From assembly GCA_001603115.1 (NCBI GenBank), contig LVBG01000027.1:26638-90637 (forward strand): a DNA stretch of 64,000 nucleotides. The letters are read 5' to 3'. Each line of letters opens with the position of its first letter. Position 1 is the first letter of the stretch. This stretch comes from Spirochaetales bacterium Spiro_05 (lineage in GTDB: Bacteria; Spirochaetota; Spirochaetia; Sphaerochaetales; Sphaerochaetaceae). The notes under the pieces were generated by a model that searched no databases, was not told where the DNA came from, and worked only from the letters and a program-made list of their open reading frames with translations. Below are positions 27,147-36,457 of the stretch, piece after piece. The position numbers were made by a program, and so were the translations under genes.

Positions 27147-29110
27147 TGCCCAAGTTTGTGGAAGTGGTCCTGGACCTTCCGCTCAAAGATCCCTACACCT
27201 ACTCCATCCCTGAATCGCTCAAGGTTGAGGTCGGCATCGGCCAGCGCGTCATGGTTCCGTTCGGCAAGCGTGAGATGACTGCCTATGTGATTGCAGTGCT
27301 GGATGCCTTTGAAGCGTCCTACGAGGTCAAGCCGATCAAACGCGTCATCGACGAGAAACCATTGTTCGGGGAACAAAACATTGCCTTGGCACAGTGGATG
27401 GCGCGCTTCTACCTGTGCAGCCAAGGCGAGGCCTTGAGCATGATGATTCCCGGGGGCCGGCGCGATGTCAGTCCGCCTGTCCTCGATGTGGAGGAGGACC
27501 TGCTGCTTGAAAAGGTGGAACACCTCAGTGATGAGCAGCAGAACGCCATTGATGCAATCCTCTCATCCCCCAAGCAGATGCACTACCTTTTCGGTGTGAC
27601 CGGAAGCGGCAAGAGCGAGGTGTTCCTGCGCTGTGCGGAATCGGTGATAGCAGAGGGCAAGTCAGTCATCTATCTGGTACCTGAAATTACGCTTACCCAT
27701 CAATTGGCAAGGCAGGTGACCAACCGTTTTGCCAACAAGGTGGCCATCCTTCACTCCGCCCTGACTCCGAGCCAGAGATTGAGGGAGTGGAAGCGTATCC
27801 TCAACGGGGAAGTGCAGCTTGCCATCGGTGCACGAAGTGCGGTTTTCGCTCCCTTTCCCAACCTTGGCCTGATAATCCTCGATGAGGAGCATGAGAACAG
27901 TTACAAGAGTGGCAACACTCCTCGCTATCATGCCCGTCAGGTAGCCCAGAGACGATGCCAAACCGAGAAAGCCCTGCTGATCATGGGTAGTGCCACCCCC
28001 TCCTTGGAGGCGTACAGCCTGATGCAGGAGGGGTCGCAAGTCCAGGCTCACTATCTGAAGAAGCGGGTGGCCGGTGGCAGCATGCCCACGATGGAAGTGG
28101 TCAACCTCGCATTTGAGAAGTCGGTGATCAGTACCGCCCTTAGGCAGGCCATCAAAGAGACGCTTGCTTCCAAGCACCAGGTCATCCTCTTTCTCAACCG
28201 GAGGGGCTTCTCCTACTTTTTCCACTGCAACAGCTGCGGCTATGAACTGCGTTGTCCCAACTGTGCTGTCTCGCTGACCTATCATAAGGGTGCAAACCAG
28301 ATGGTTTGCCACTACTGCGGCTACCGCTCCGCACCGATGAAGGTTTGTCCGGAGTGCAGAAGCCTCGATGTCTCCTACAGTGGCTTCGGGACCGAGATGG
28401 TCGAGCAGGAGGTGCGTGCACTGTTTCCCCAGGCCCGCATCGAGCGTCTCGATACGGACAGTGCCAAACAGAAAGGCCATGTGGCTAAGGTGCTTTCCGA
28501 CTTCCGTTCTGGTGAGATCGATATCCTTTTGGGAACACAGATGGTGGCCAAGGGCTTGAATTTCCCCTTGGTACAGCTGGTGGGCATCGTGCTTGCCGAC
28601 AGCGGGATGAACATTCCTGATTTCCGCGCCCAAGAGCGCACGTTCAGCCTGCTGGTTCAGGTCTCAGGCCGAGCGGGCCGGTACAATGACCAAGGGAGGG
28701 TCATCATCCAGACCTTCCATCCGGAGAATCCTGCGATACGGTATGCACTGGAAGGGAATCTCGAACGCTTCTATGAAGAGGAGCTTGCGGTGCGCAAGGA
28801 CACCGGTTTCCCCCCGTACAGCCGATTGGTCAATCTGGTTCTCAGAGGCCGCAGCAAGGAGAAGGTTGAGCGGGAGTCCGAGGTTCTTGAGGCTCGGTTC
28901 AACCAGTGTGCAAAAGAGGGAAAGACAGAGGTCTTGTGCACCAATGAGTGCCCCTTGGAGAAGATTGCTTCCAACTATCGCTTCCATCTTCTCATCTCAG
29001 GGCGAGAAGCGAGTGAGACCCACCATCTGGTGGCCACCGTACTGAGCACCTACACCCCGCCCTCGGGGGTGTATCTTGAGGTCGATCTCGATCCCTTGCA
29101 GCTGCTCTAG
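27146..29110 (+). CDS. priA: Primosomal protein N'
   Basis: GVTGSGKSE, DEEH, SATPSLE, four CxxC, GTQMVAKG, QVSGRAGR. Confidence 0.96.
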   Translation: MPKFVEVVLDLPLKDPYTYSIPESLKVEVGIGQRVMVPFGKREMTAYVIAVLDAFEASYEVKPIKRVIDEKPLFGEQNIALAQWMARFYLCSQGEALSMMIPGGRRDVSPPVLDVEEDLLLEKVEHLSDEQQNAIDAILSSPKQMHYLFGVTGSGKSEVFLRCAESVIAEGKSVIYLVPEITLTHQLARQVTNRFANKVAILHSALTPSQRLREWKRILNGEVQLAIGARSAVFAPFPNLGLIILDEEHENSYKSGNTPRYHARQVAQRRCQTEKALLIMGSATPSLEAYSLMQEGSQVQAHYLKKRVAGGSMPTMEVVNLAFEKSVISTALRQAIKETLASKHQVILFLNRRGFSYFFHCNSCGYELRCPNCAVSLTYHKGANQMVCHYCGYRSAPMKVCPECRSLDVSYSGFGTEMVEQEVRALFPQARIERLDTDSAKQKGHVAKVLSDFRSGEIDILLGTQMVAKGLNFPLVQLVGIVLADSGMNIPDFRAQERTFSLLVQVSGRAGRYNDQGRVIIQTFHPENPAIRYALEGNLERFYEEELAVRKDTGFPPYSRLVNLVLRGRSKEKVERESEVLEARFNQCAKEGKTEVLCTNECPLEKIASNYRFHLLISGREASETHHLVATVLSTYTPPSGVYLEVDLDPLQLL

Positions 29111-29114
29111 ACAC

Positions 29115-29579
29115 CTACTGGTCGAAGAGGCCTTGGGCCTCCTCGGTCACATCGGTCTCATCGAGCTTGCAAAGGGTGCAGACTCTTGGGCCACTGGCTG
29201 GAATGGTCATGTTCAGACGCAGCCTGACCAAGGAGCCTACACTACCCCCGCTGAATTCCATGTCCATCGAACCATTTTGTGGAGGTGGTGGGGCAGTGAG
29301 GGAGTCCGTTCCGCTGATCAGCACCCCATTGGCATTGGGGTAGTTGGTATAGGTTCGTACGATGGGGTTGGAGCCGCTTTCTGTATAGCCGGTTGGTAAT
29401 GATCCGCCGTTTGCAGCCTTGAAAGCATCCACCTCCTGGTCTGCAACATGGAGCTGGTCGAGCAATGCCTGGATCCTGAGTTGGGTTGCAGTGAGGGAAA
29501 GTTCATCATCCTCACAGCCGGTGGTCAGCAGAACAAGGGATAGAGCCAGTACGCATAGGGCAAACCTTCGCATTGCCAT
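29115..29579 (-). CDS. Hypothetical lipoprotein
   Basis: Lipobox LTTGC; AAGGAG upstream (start may be ATG 29573). Confidence 0.65.
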   Translation of the reverse strand: MAMRRFALCVLALSLVLLTTGCEDDELSLTATQLRIQALLDQLHVADQEVDAFKAANGGSLPTGYTESGSNPIVRTYTNYPNANGVLISGTDSLTAPPPPQNGSMDMEFSGGSVGSLVRLRLNMTIPASGPRVCTLCKLDETDVTEEAQGLFDQ

Positions 29580-29732
29580 CTCCTTTCAGGTCTGGGTGCG
29601 ATACCTCTCCTTGGGGTGTAGGCAGAGATATCCCATCACTCAGGCTCTGCTATACATAATTGTAAATCTGTCATGCTGTTTTGCCTAGATTTCGCTCATC
29701 TTTGTCCTGTGGGTGTACTGTCTCCCGTGAAG

Positions 29733-29761
29733 TTGACCAGAGAGTGGCGTGTTGGTATAGT
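29733..29761 (+). promoter_or_regulatory. def-fmt operon promoter
   Basis: TTGACC-17 bp-TATAGT with extended TG; 9 nt before the ATG. Confidence 0.75.
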
Positions 29762-29770
29762 TGAGTTACT

Positions 29771-30277
29771 ATGTTAGATATTTATACACTAGGTGAAGAG
29801 GTGCTTGGAGAAAAGTGCCAACCGATAACCAAATTTGACAGCGGCTTGCGTGTGCTTGTCGATGCCATGTTCGAAACAATGGCCGAAGCGGATGGAGTCG
29901 GTCTTGCCGCCCCGCAGGTAGGCGTACCCAGCCGCCTGTTTGTGATCAACATTCAGGGTGTCGAGAAGCGTGCCTATATCAATCCGCAAATCATCGAGAC
30001 ATCCATCGAGACTGACATCTCAGAGGAAGGATGCCTCTCCATCCCCGGTGTCTGGCACGATGTACAACGGCCCGCCAGAGTTACCGTCCAGGCCCAGGAT
30101 ATTGAGGGAAAAGTGTTCACGGTGAAAGCGGAAGGCCTGCTCGCCCGTGCCATCCAACACGAGAATGACCACCTCAATGGGGTGCTGTTCATCGACCGTC
30201 TCTCTGACGAAGAGAAGGAGAAGATGGTGAAAGCATATGAGAAACGCACCAAGGGAAAGAGGAGAAAAGAGCGGTGA
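29771..30277 (+). CDS. def: Peptide deformylase
   Basis: GVGLAAPQ, EGCLS, QHENDHL. Confidence 0.97.
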   Translation: MLDIYTLGEEVLGEKCQPITKFDSGLRVLVDAMFETMAEADGVGLAAPQVGVPSRLFVINIQGVEKRAYINPQIIETSIETDISEEGCLSIPGVWHDVQRPARVTVQAQDIEGKVFTVKAEGLLARAIQHENDHLNGVLFIDRLSDEEKEKMVKAYEKRTKGKRRKER

Positions 30278-31218
30278 GGATCCTGTTTGCAGGAACAAGC
30301 GAGATTGCAGTACCTACCCTGAGGGCCTTGGCAGAGCAGTTTGAGATCGGAGCGGTGTTGACCAATACCGACAAGCCTCAAGCTCGCAGCAAGGCCCTTG
30401 TTCCGTCTGCGGTCAAAGAGGAGGCGCTTAGGCTCGGCCTTGAGGTGGTACAGTTTGACCATCTTGGCAGTGAGGCTCGCGCTGCCATCGCTCCCCTTGG
30501 ATGTGATACCTTGCTCTGCTTCGCGTATGGACGAATGTTCGGCCCAAAGTTTCTCGGTCTGTTTTCAGGTGAGAAACTGAACATCCATCCCTCCCTGTTG
30601 CCTCTGTTGCGCGGTCCAAGCCCCATCCAGGGTGCCATTCTCAGCCAAGCAACGAAGACCGGCATCAGTATCCAGCGTATCGCCCGGGAGATGGACTGCG
30701 GGGATATTCTTGCTTCCTGTACGATTCCTCTTGAGGGAACAGAGACCACCGAAAGCCTGGGAGTTGTGGTCAGTGAACAGGCTGCGTCCCTTGCCCTCAC
30801 TTCTTTGGGAGCATTAGAAGCAGGGACTGCGACCTTTTCTCCGCAGAAGGGAGAAGCAACCTATACCACGCTCATCGATGCTTCGATGGGAGTGCTTGAT
30901 TTTCATCAGAGTGCAAAGGCCCTGCATGCCCAGATCCGGGCAATGCACCCCTGGCCGAAGGCAAGAACCGTGTACGAAGGACAAACCCTGATGTTCACGT
31001 CTGTCTATGGCACGCTTGCCGAAGCTGGCAGCGATGCAGTTCCTCCAGGTGTGGAGCCAGGCACTGTAGTGGGAAAGCAAAAGGGAAAAGGCATTGCCAT
31101 AGCCACCGGTGACGGCCTGTTGTGGGTGACTCACCTGCAACTGGAGAAGCGCAAGGAGTTGGATTATCTCTCCTTCCTCAATGGCAACCAGGGTTTCCTC
31201 TCTGGTCGGTTGGGCTAA
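30274..31218 (+). CDS. fmt: Methionyl-tRNA formyltransferase
   Basis: NIHPSLLPLLRGPSPI, MDCGDIL, IRAMHPWP; follows def. Confidence 0.95.
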   Translation: MRILFAGTSEIAVPTLRALAEQFEIGAVLTNTDKPQARSKALVPSAVKEEALRLGLEVVQFDHLGSEARAAIAPLGCDTLLCFAYGRMFGPKFLGLFSGEKLNIHPSLLPLLRGPSPIQGAILSQATKTGISIQRIAREMDCGDILASCTIPLEGTETTESLGVVVSEQAASLALTSLGALEAGTATFSPQKGEATYTTLIDASMGVLDFHQSAKALHAQIRAMHPWPKARTVYEGQTLMFTSVYGTLAEAGSDAVPPGVEPGTVVGKQKGKGIAIATGDGLLWVTHLQLEKRKELDYLSFLNGNQGFLSGRLG

Positions 31219-31222
31219 CCGT

Positions 31223-33436
31223 ATGAGGCGCCTCCTTGCTGTGCTGCTGGTTCTGTTGAGTCTCAGTACCCTGTGGGCCTCTCCCAAGATTGCCCTGGTT
31301 CTCTCCGGTGGAGGGGCCCGGGGTATTGCCCACGTCTCGGTACTGGAGGCTCTTGAAGAGAAGGGAATTCCCATCGACCTTGTGCTTGGAACCAGCATGG
31401 GCAGTCTGGTTGGTGGGCTTTACAGTGCCGGGTACACGCCAAAAGAGATACGGTCCTTGCTTGAAGAGACGGATTTGGTTGGGCTCTTTGCAGAACCGGT
31501 GCTCGACACCAAGCGCGAGCAAAATGATGTCTTTGCCTACACGCACAACCAGGCCTTCTCCCTTGGATTCGGGGAAACGGGGATCGGCAGCTCCCCCGCA
31601 TTCATTGGTGATCAGCGCATCTTGGAGTTGTTGGGCTATCTTTTTTCCAAGCATCCTTCCCCAGTGGATTTCGATGCACTTCCCATCCCGTTTCGCTGTG
31701 TGTCTGCAGATGCCATGACCAAAGAGCGGATCGTGCATGCAAGCGGCTCCTTGGTTGGGGCAATCCGAAGCAGCATTTCCATCCCCATTGTCTTTACTCC
31801 CTATCCTTACGAGGATGGGCGCCTGGTGGTGGATGGAGGGGTGGTGGACAACCTTCCCATTGAGTTGGCACGTTCTCTTGGTTCTGATATTGTCATCGCC
31901 TGTGATGTGAACGAGATGCAGGTGCTCTCCTATTCATCGTTGGAAAGCCTTTCTGCCATGACCATGCAGACCATCATTCTCGTTACCCAGGATACAGCCC
32001 AAAAGCAGCACAGCCAAGCAGACTTGGTCTTCTTTCCAAAGCTTGAGGACGTATTTGCCTTGGATTTCAACAAGTATGAGCACATTCTTGCACAGGGACA
32101 TGAGGCTGTGGAGGAGAAGGCCGATGAGCTTGACCAACTGGCACATCGCATTGCTGAGCAACGCGAGCTGAAGGTCCTTGACCCCGACCGCTTGGGGAGG
32201 TACAGCTTGCTCCCGACTCCGGTAATCCTCCAGCTGAGGGTGAAGGACATCTCCCTGAAAGCTGCTGATATGCTTGTGGATGCCTCGATGTTTTCACGCT
32301 TCCTTGGACGTCGCTTGAACAAACAGACTGCTACCGAGCTCAACCTGAGGATGCGGGAGATACGAAAAGCCAATGCCTTGGCCACCGTCAGTTATGAGAT
32401 GGCTGAGGATGGGGTGCTTCTGATCCAGACACGGGGATTTGGAAAGAAAAGTGCAAACATCAGCATGGGCTTTCAGATGGATGCAGGGTTTTCCAATACG
32501 CTACCTTCCTCCTCCTCGGCTTGGTACCGCTCTGATGTGTTCTTGGATGCCTCGCTGGCCCAGCTTGGGGACACGGATTTTACCTTTCTCATCCAGGCGA
32601 GCCTTGGGCAGAGAACCGGGGTGGAGTTCGGCCTCAGCCACCCATTTGCCATGAATGCCCTTGGTAGGTGGGATGTTCATGCGTCGCTCTCCTATGCAAG
32701 CGGCAGTATGTCGACGCGCAATGCCTTGGTGGATGCCCAGCGCAGCGCACCGCTCGATCGTGCGTTCCGTACCACCATAGGCCTGGACCTGTATATGGGT
32801 GAGTATACCCATGTGAAGCTTGATGGGTGGTATGATCTTATCGGACTGCACGACAGTCGTTATCCCCAGCAGTTCTTGGCCTTCCCCCAGCTTGAGCTGA
32901 GCCTGCTCTCCTCCACCTTGGACAGCCGCTTTGCCTCGTATGGCTATCGGTTGGATATGCTCTCCAGAATCGGCTATCTGGATAAGGCCATGTATGCCTT
33001 CAGGCTTGCTTGGGAGCAGAAATTTGCCCTTACGTATGCAGACACCCTGGGCTATGACCTGCAGGTTTCCCATCTTCGCGAACGCTTTGAATTGCTTTCC
33101 AGCTATGCAGACATGGGGTTTCCTTTTGGAGTTCCGGGGTACAGCCCGCTCTCATTGAGACGGGATTTGGCTATGGTGGGAAGCAGTTGGACCCATAGGC
33201 TGGCCGAGGTGTTGGGGTATCCAGCGTTCTGCAAGGTGAACCTGCGGTTCGCCCTCTTCGATGAGTACGATCCCTACCAAGGCGTGAGTGCATCCTCTGA
33301 CACGCTGCTCTTTCCCAGGCAATGGGATCTTGGCCTGGGCCTGACGCTTGCGCTCGATACTCCCCTCGGGGAGGTCCTGGTAGGCTTGGGAACCAGCTTA
33401 CAAGGAAACGTCACCTTCATCATTGGTGTCTATTGA
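31223..33436 (+). CDS. Patatin-like phospholipase with a predicted C-terminal beta-barrel (PlpD-like)
   Basis: Signal peptide; LSGGGARG, GTSMG, VDGG; C-terminal amphipathic strands ending FIIGVY. Confidence 0.85.
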   Translation: MRRLLAVLLVLLSLSTLWASPKIALVLSGGGARGIAHVSVLEALEEKGIPIDLVLGTSMGSLVGGLYSAGYTPKEIRSLLEETDLVGLFAEPVLDTKREQNDVFAYTHNQAFSLGFGETGIGSSPAFIGDQRILELLGYLFSKHPSPVDFDALPIPFRCVSADAMTKERIVHASGSLVGAIRSSISIPIVFTPYPYEDGRLVVDGGVVDNLPIELARSLGSDIVIACDVNEMQVLSYSSLESLSAMTMQTIILVTQDTAQKQHSQADLVFFPKLEDVFALDFNKYEHILAQGHEAVEEKADELDQLAHRIAEQRELKVLDPDRLGRYSLLPTPVILQLRVKDISLKAADMLVDASMFSRFLGRRLNKQTATELNLRMREIRKANALATVSYEMAEDGVLLIQTRGFGKKSANISMGFQMDAGFSNTLPSSSSAWYRSDVFLDASLAQLGDTDFTFLIQASLGQRTGVEFGLSHPFAMNALGRWDVHASLSYASGSMSTRNALVDAQRSAPLDRAFRTTIGLDLYMGEYTHVKLDGWYDLIGLHDSRYPQQFLAFPQLELSLLSSTLDSRFASYGYRLDMLSRIGYLDKAMYAFRLAWEQKFALTYADTLGYDLQVSHLRERFELLSSYADMGFPFGVPGYSPLSLRRDLAMVGSSWTHRLAEVLGYPAFCKVNLRFALFDEYDPYQGVSASSDTLLFPRQWDLGLGLTLALDTPLGEVLVGLGTSLQGNVTFIIGVY

Positions 33437-34437
33437 TGGAGAGCTTGTATCGTTCCTATGCCCACCATTTGCGCCAAACCTACGGCCAGGCTGTCTACCG
33501 CATCGGCATCGATGCCCACTTCTCCTGTCCCAACAGGCAGCCTGATGGTAGCGGGGGGTGTGCTTTTTGCGACGGGACAGGCAGTGCTTCCACCTACCTG
33601 CGCCAGCATGAGAGCAGGTTCATGCACGACAGTGCCTTTCAGAGAGAGGTGTCGGAAAAGGTGGGGAGAAAGCCTTTGACCCTTGAGAGGCGCATTGAAC
33701 TGATAGGGAAGCAGGTCAAGCGGGGCAAGCAGTTCATCAGAAGCAGGTATCGCTCGGACTCTTTTTCGCTCTACTACCAGGCGTACACAAATACCTATGA
33801 CCCTGTTGATGTACTGAAGGCCCTCTACGATGCAGGGCTTGAGAATGGACCGTTTGTCGAGCTGATAGTTTCTACCCGTGCAGACTGCATCAACGACGAA
33901 GTGGTCGCCTTGTTGGCAAGCTATCGAACTCGGGTGAAACGGGTGTGGGTGGAGCTTGGTCTGCAGACTTCAGATGAGCAGAGTCTCTCCTTGTTGGGGC
34001 GCAATGACAGCGTTGAACGCTATATTTCCGCGGTAAATTCGTTACATTCTGCAGGCATTGGTGTTTGTACTCATGTAATACTCGGTCTTCCGGGAGAAGG
34101 GAAGGATGCGTTCATGCGGACTGCGCTTCTGCTTAACCAGGTGCAAAGCGAGGCAGTGAAGATTCACAACCTCCATGTCTGCGGGGGAACGAGGCTTGAA
34201 GGGTGGTATCGACAGGGGGAGGTCAGTGTGGCCTCGATGCGGCGGCATGTAGAGCACAGCATTCATTTCCTGCGTTTTCTGAACCCTTCGATGGTCATTG
34301 AGCGGATGATGTGTGAAACTCCCAGTCATCGACTCGTCTCACCGCGGCATTTCGCCGACAAGCACCAGTTTCTTGAGGCGGTGAGATGCGGGATGAGTGA
34401 GCATGGATATAGACAAGGGGATAGGTATGCGAGGTAG
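33436..34437 (+). CDS. Radical SAM protein, TIGR01212/YhcC family
   Basis: FSCPNR...GGCAFC; YYQAYTNTY; ELGLQT; HVILGLPGE. Confidence 0.88.
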   Translation: MESLYRSYAHHLRQTYGQAVYRIGIDAHFSCPNRQPDGSGGCAFCDGTGSASTYLRQHESRFMHDSAFQREVSEKVGRKPLTLERRIELIGKQVKRGKQFIRSRYRSDSFSLYYQAYTNTYDPVDVLKALYDAGLENGPFVELIVSTRADCINDEVVALLASYRTRVKRVWVELGLQTSDEQSLSLLGRNDSVERYISAVNSLHSAGIGVCTHVILGLPGEGKDAFMRTALLLNQVQSEAVKIHNLHVCGGTRLEGWYRQGEVSVASMRRHVEHSIHFLRFLNPSMVIERMMCETPSHRLVSPRHFADKHQFLEAVRCGMSEHGYRQGDRYAR

Positions 34438-34939
34438 GATTCCATTGCAAAGGATCGTTCGGAGTGTGGGGATAGCCTTCACCCTGTTGGTGGTGGCCCT
34501 AGTCCTGTATCTCTCCTTCATTCCCAAGGAGTCGTATCCGCGAATCTCCTGGATACCGTTTGCAGACAAGGGTGATCATATGGCTGCCTATGCGGCCTTC
34601 GGCTTCTTCTTTTTCCTTGCCACCCTGAGGATTCCCGGTTCTGGAAAACAGCGAAAAATACAGGAACGACCGCACTCCACCCTGCATCTGACCTCGTGGG
34701 CGGGGCCTTCCATCATCTATACGTTGGTTGCCGGGACATTGCTCGGTTTCGTGGTTGAGATGCTGCAGCCGAAGTTTGGCCGCTCACGGGAGTGGATGGA
34801 TCTTGCTGCCGATTTCATGGGCTTGGTGGTAGGTCTTGCTGTTGTCCTCTTGCTTCTCAAGGGGGTCGGTTCCTATTTCACAGCACGACCCTGGTTGTAT
34901 GATCCCAATTGGAAGGATGAGGTGGATGAAACTCGCTGA
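34427..34939 (+). CDS. VanZ-family membrane protein
   Basis: DKGDHMAAY, EMLQ...GRS...DLAAD. Confidence 0.8.
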   Translation: MRGRIPLQRIVRSVGIAFTLLVVALVLYLSFIPKESYPRISWIPFADKGDHMAAYAAFGFFFFLATLRIPGSGKQRKIQERPHSTLHLTSWAGPSIIYTLVAGTLLGFVVEMLQPKFGRSREWMDLAADFMGLVVGLAVVLLLLKGVGSYFTARPWLYDPNWKDEVDETR

Positions 34940-35768
34940 ATATATTGCCGATGAACTGATCTGTGCTGTTACCCATGTGCCCGATGATGTGCTCCAGCGC
35001 CTCCTCTGGGCACAGAGGATGGAGACGAGCGAGGCGAGCAAGGCAGTGCTTGCTGCGATTCTGAAGAACCTGGAAATCGCCGATGCACAGCAGCTTCCGA
35101 TGTGCCAGGATACCGGGATGTTCCTGGTCTTTGTTGATGTGGGCAAGTCCTGCCCCCTTACTCTTGCTGCCATCGAGGCTGCCATCCTTGAGGGGTGTGC
35201 CCTTGCCGTGGACAAGGCGTATTACCGTCATTCGGTAGTGGAAGAGCCGGTCTATGCCCGAAACAATACGCTTACCAATCTTCCTCCCGTCATCTGGTGG
35301 CAACCGGTGGAGGGCTCTTCTCTGACCATCCAAATCCTGCTCAAGGGCTTTGGCAGTGAGAACTGCTGCCAGGTTCGCATGCTCAATCCTACCTGTGGTG
35401 AGGAAGGGGTCATTGAAGCAGTTGGAGCCATTGTCCAGGCTGCGGGAGGGAAGCCCTGTCCTCCCATCTTCCTCGGAGTAGGGCTGGGGGGCAGCATGGA
35501 CCGTGCTGCGTATCTGAGCAAGCGAGCCTTGCTTCGACCGGTAAACCAACAACACACTGATGCTCAGTATGCGTCCTTGGAGGAGAAGATTCTTGCAAAG
35601 GTCCAGCAAACAGAGATCGGAAGCGGAGGGCTCGGCGGCACCATCACTGCCTTGAGCGTTGCCATAGAGCATGAGCCAACCCATATTGCAGGCCTTCCCC
35701 TGGCTGTTTCCATCAACTGTTGGGCCGACCGCAAGGCCAAGATCGTCTGGGAGGGTGAAGATGCGTGA
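34926..35768 (+). CDS. Class I fumarate hydratase / tartrate dehydratase, alpha subunit
   Basis: PMCQDTG, KGFGSEN, PCPP, THIAGLP, CWADR. Confidence 0.92.
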   Translation: MKLAEYIADELICAVTHVPDDVLQRLLWAQRMETSEASKAVLAAILKNLEIADAQQLPMCQDTGMFLVFVDVGKSCPLTLAAIEAAILEGCALAVDKAYYRHSVVEEPVYARNNTLTNLPPVIWWQPVEGSSLTIQILLKGFGSENCCQVRMLNPTCGEEGVIEAVGAIVQAAGGKPCPPIFLGVGLGGSMDRAAYLSKRALLRPVNQQHTDAQYASLEEKILAKVQQTEIGSGGLGGTITALSVAIEHEPTHIAGLPLAVSINCWADRKAKIVWEGEDA

Positions 35769-36285
35769 ACTGACTTTGCCGCTCTCTTCTGACGTCATCC
35801 ACTCACTTGTGCCTTTCGAACAGGTCTTCTTGAGCGGAAAGCTCTATGTAGGTCGTGACCAGGTGCACAAGCTTCTCGTCCAATTGCTGGATGAGCAAAA
35901 ACCTCTTCCCCTCTCCCTGGAAGGTGCCTGCATCTACTACATGGGGCCTTCCCCGGCACCCGAGGGAAAGGTGATCGGTGCCTGCGGCCCGACAACGAGT
36001 GCCCGCATGGATCCATTTGCTCCTCGATTGCTTGATAATGGGCTGAAGGTGATGATAGGCAAGGGACCTCGGTCGGAACAGGTGGTGCAGGCGATCAAGC
36101 GCAACCAAGCGCTCTACCTGCAGGCTTATGGCGGGTGTGGTGCCCTGTATGCCTCATGTGTCCGCTCCTTCAGGACGGTGGCCTTTGCCGAACTGGGACC
36201 TGAAGCTTTGCTTGAGCTTGAGGTCGAGCGCTTTCCTCTCGTAGTGGCCATCACTGCGCAGGGAGACAGTGTTTTTGACCGATAG
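35761..36285 (+). CDS. Class I fumarate hydratase / tartrate dehydratase, beta subunit
   Basis: GRDQVH, GPTTSARMD, MIGKG. Confidence 0.92.
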   Translation: MRELTLPLSSDVIHSLVPFEQVFLSGKLYVGRDQVHKLLVQLLDEQKPLPLSLEGACIYYMGPSPAPEGKVIGACGPTTSARMDPFAPRLLDNGLKVMIGKGPRSEQVVQAIKRNQALYLQAYGGCGALYASCVRSFRTVAFAELGPEALLELEVERFPLVVAITAQGDSVFDR

Positions 36286-36457
36286 ACAGGTTCCCGTTCT
36301 TTTTACTGGACGTTTCTCCTGAGCTGGGGTACAGTTTCCTGTATGCAAGCCTCTCTTGCACAGACCGTCGTCATGGGGTGAATGATGTGTCTGGTAATTC
36401 CATGCCATTGTTTGGATGGGATAAGGGAGGCAAAAACTCTGCTCGGAAGGAAAAACC

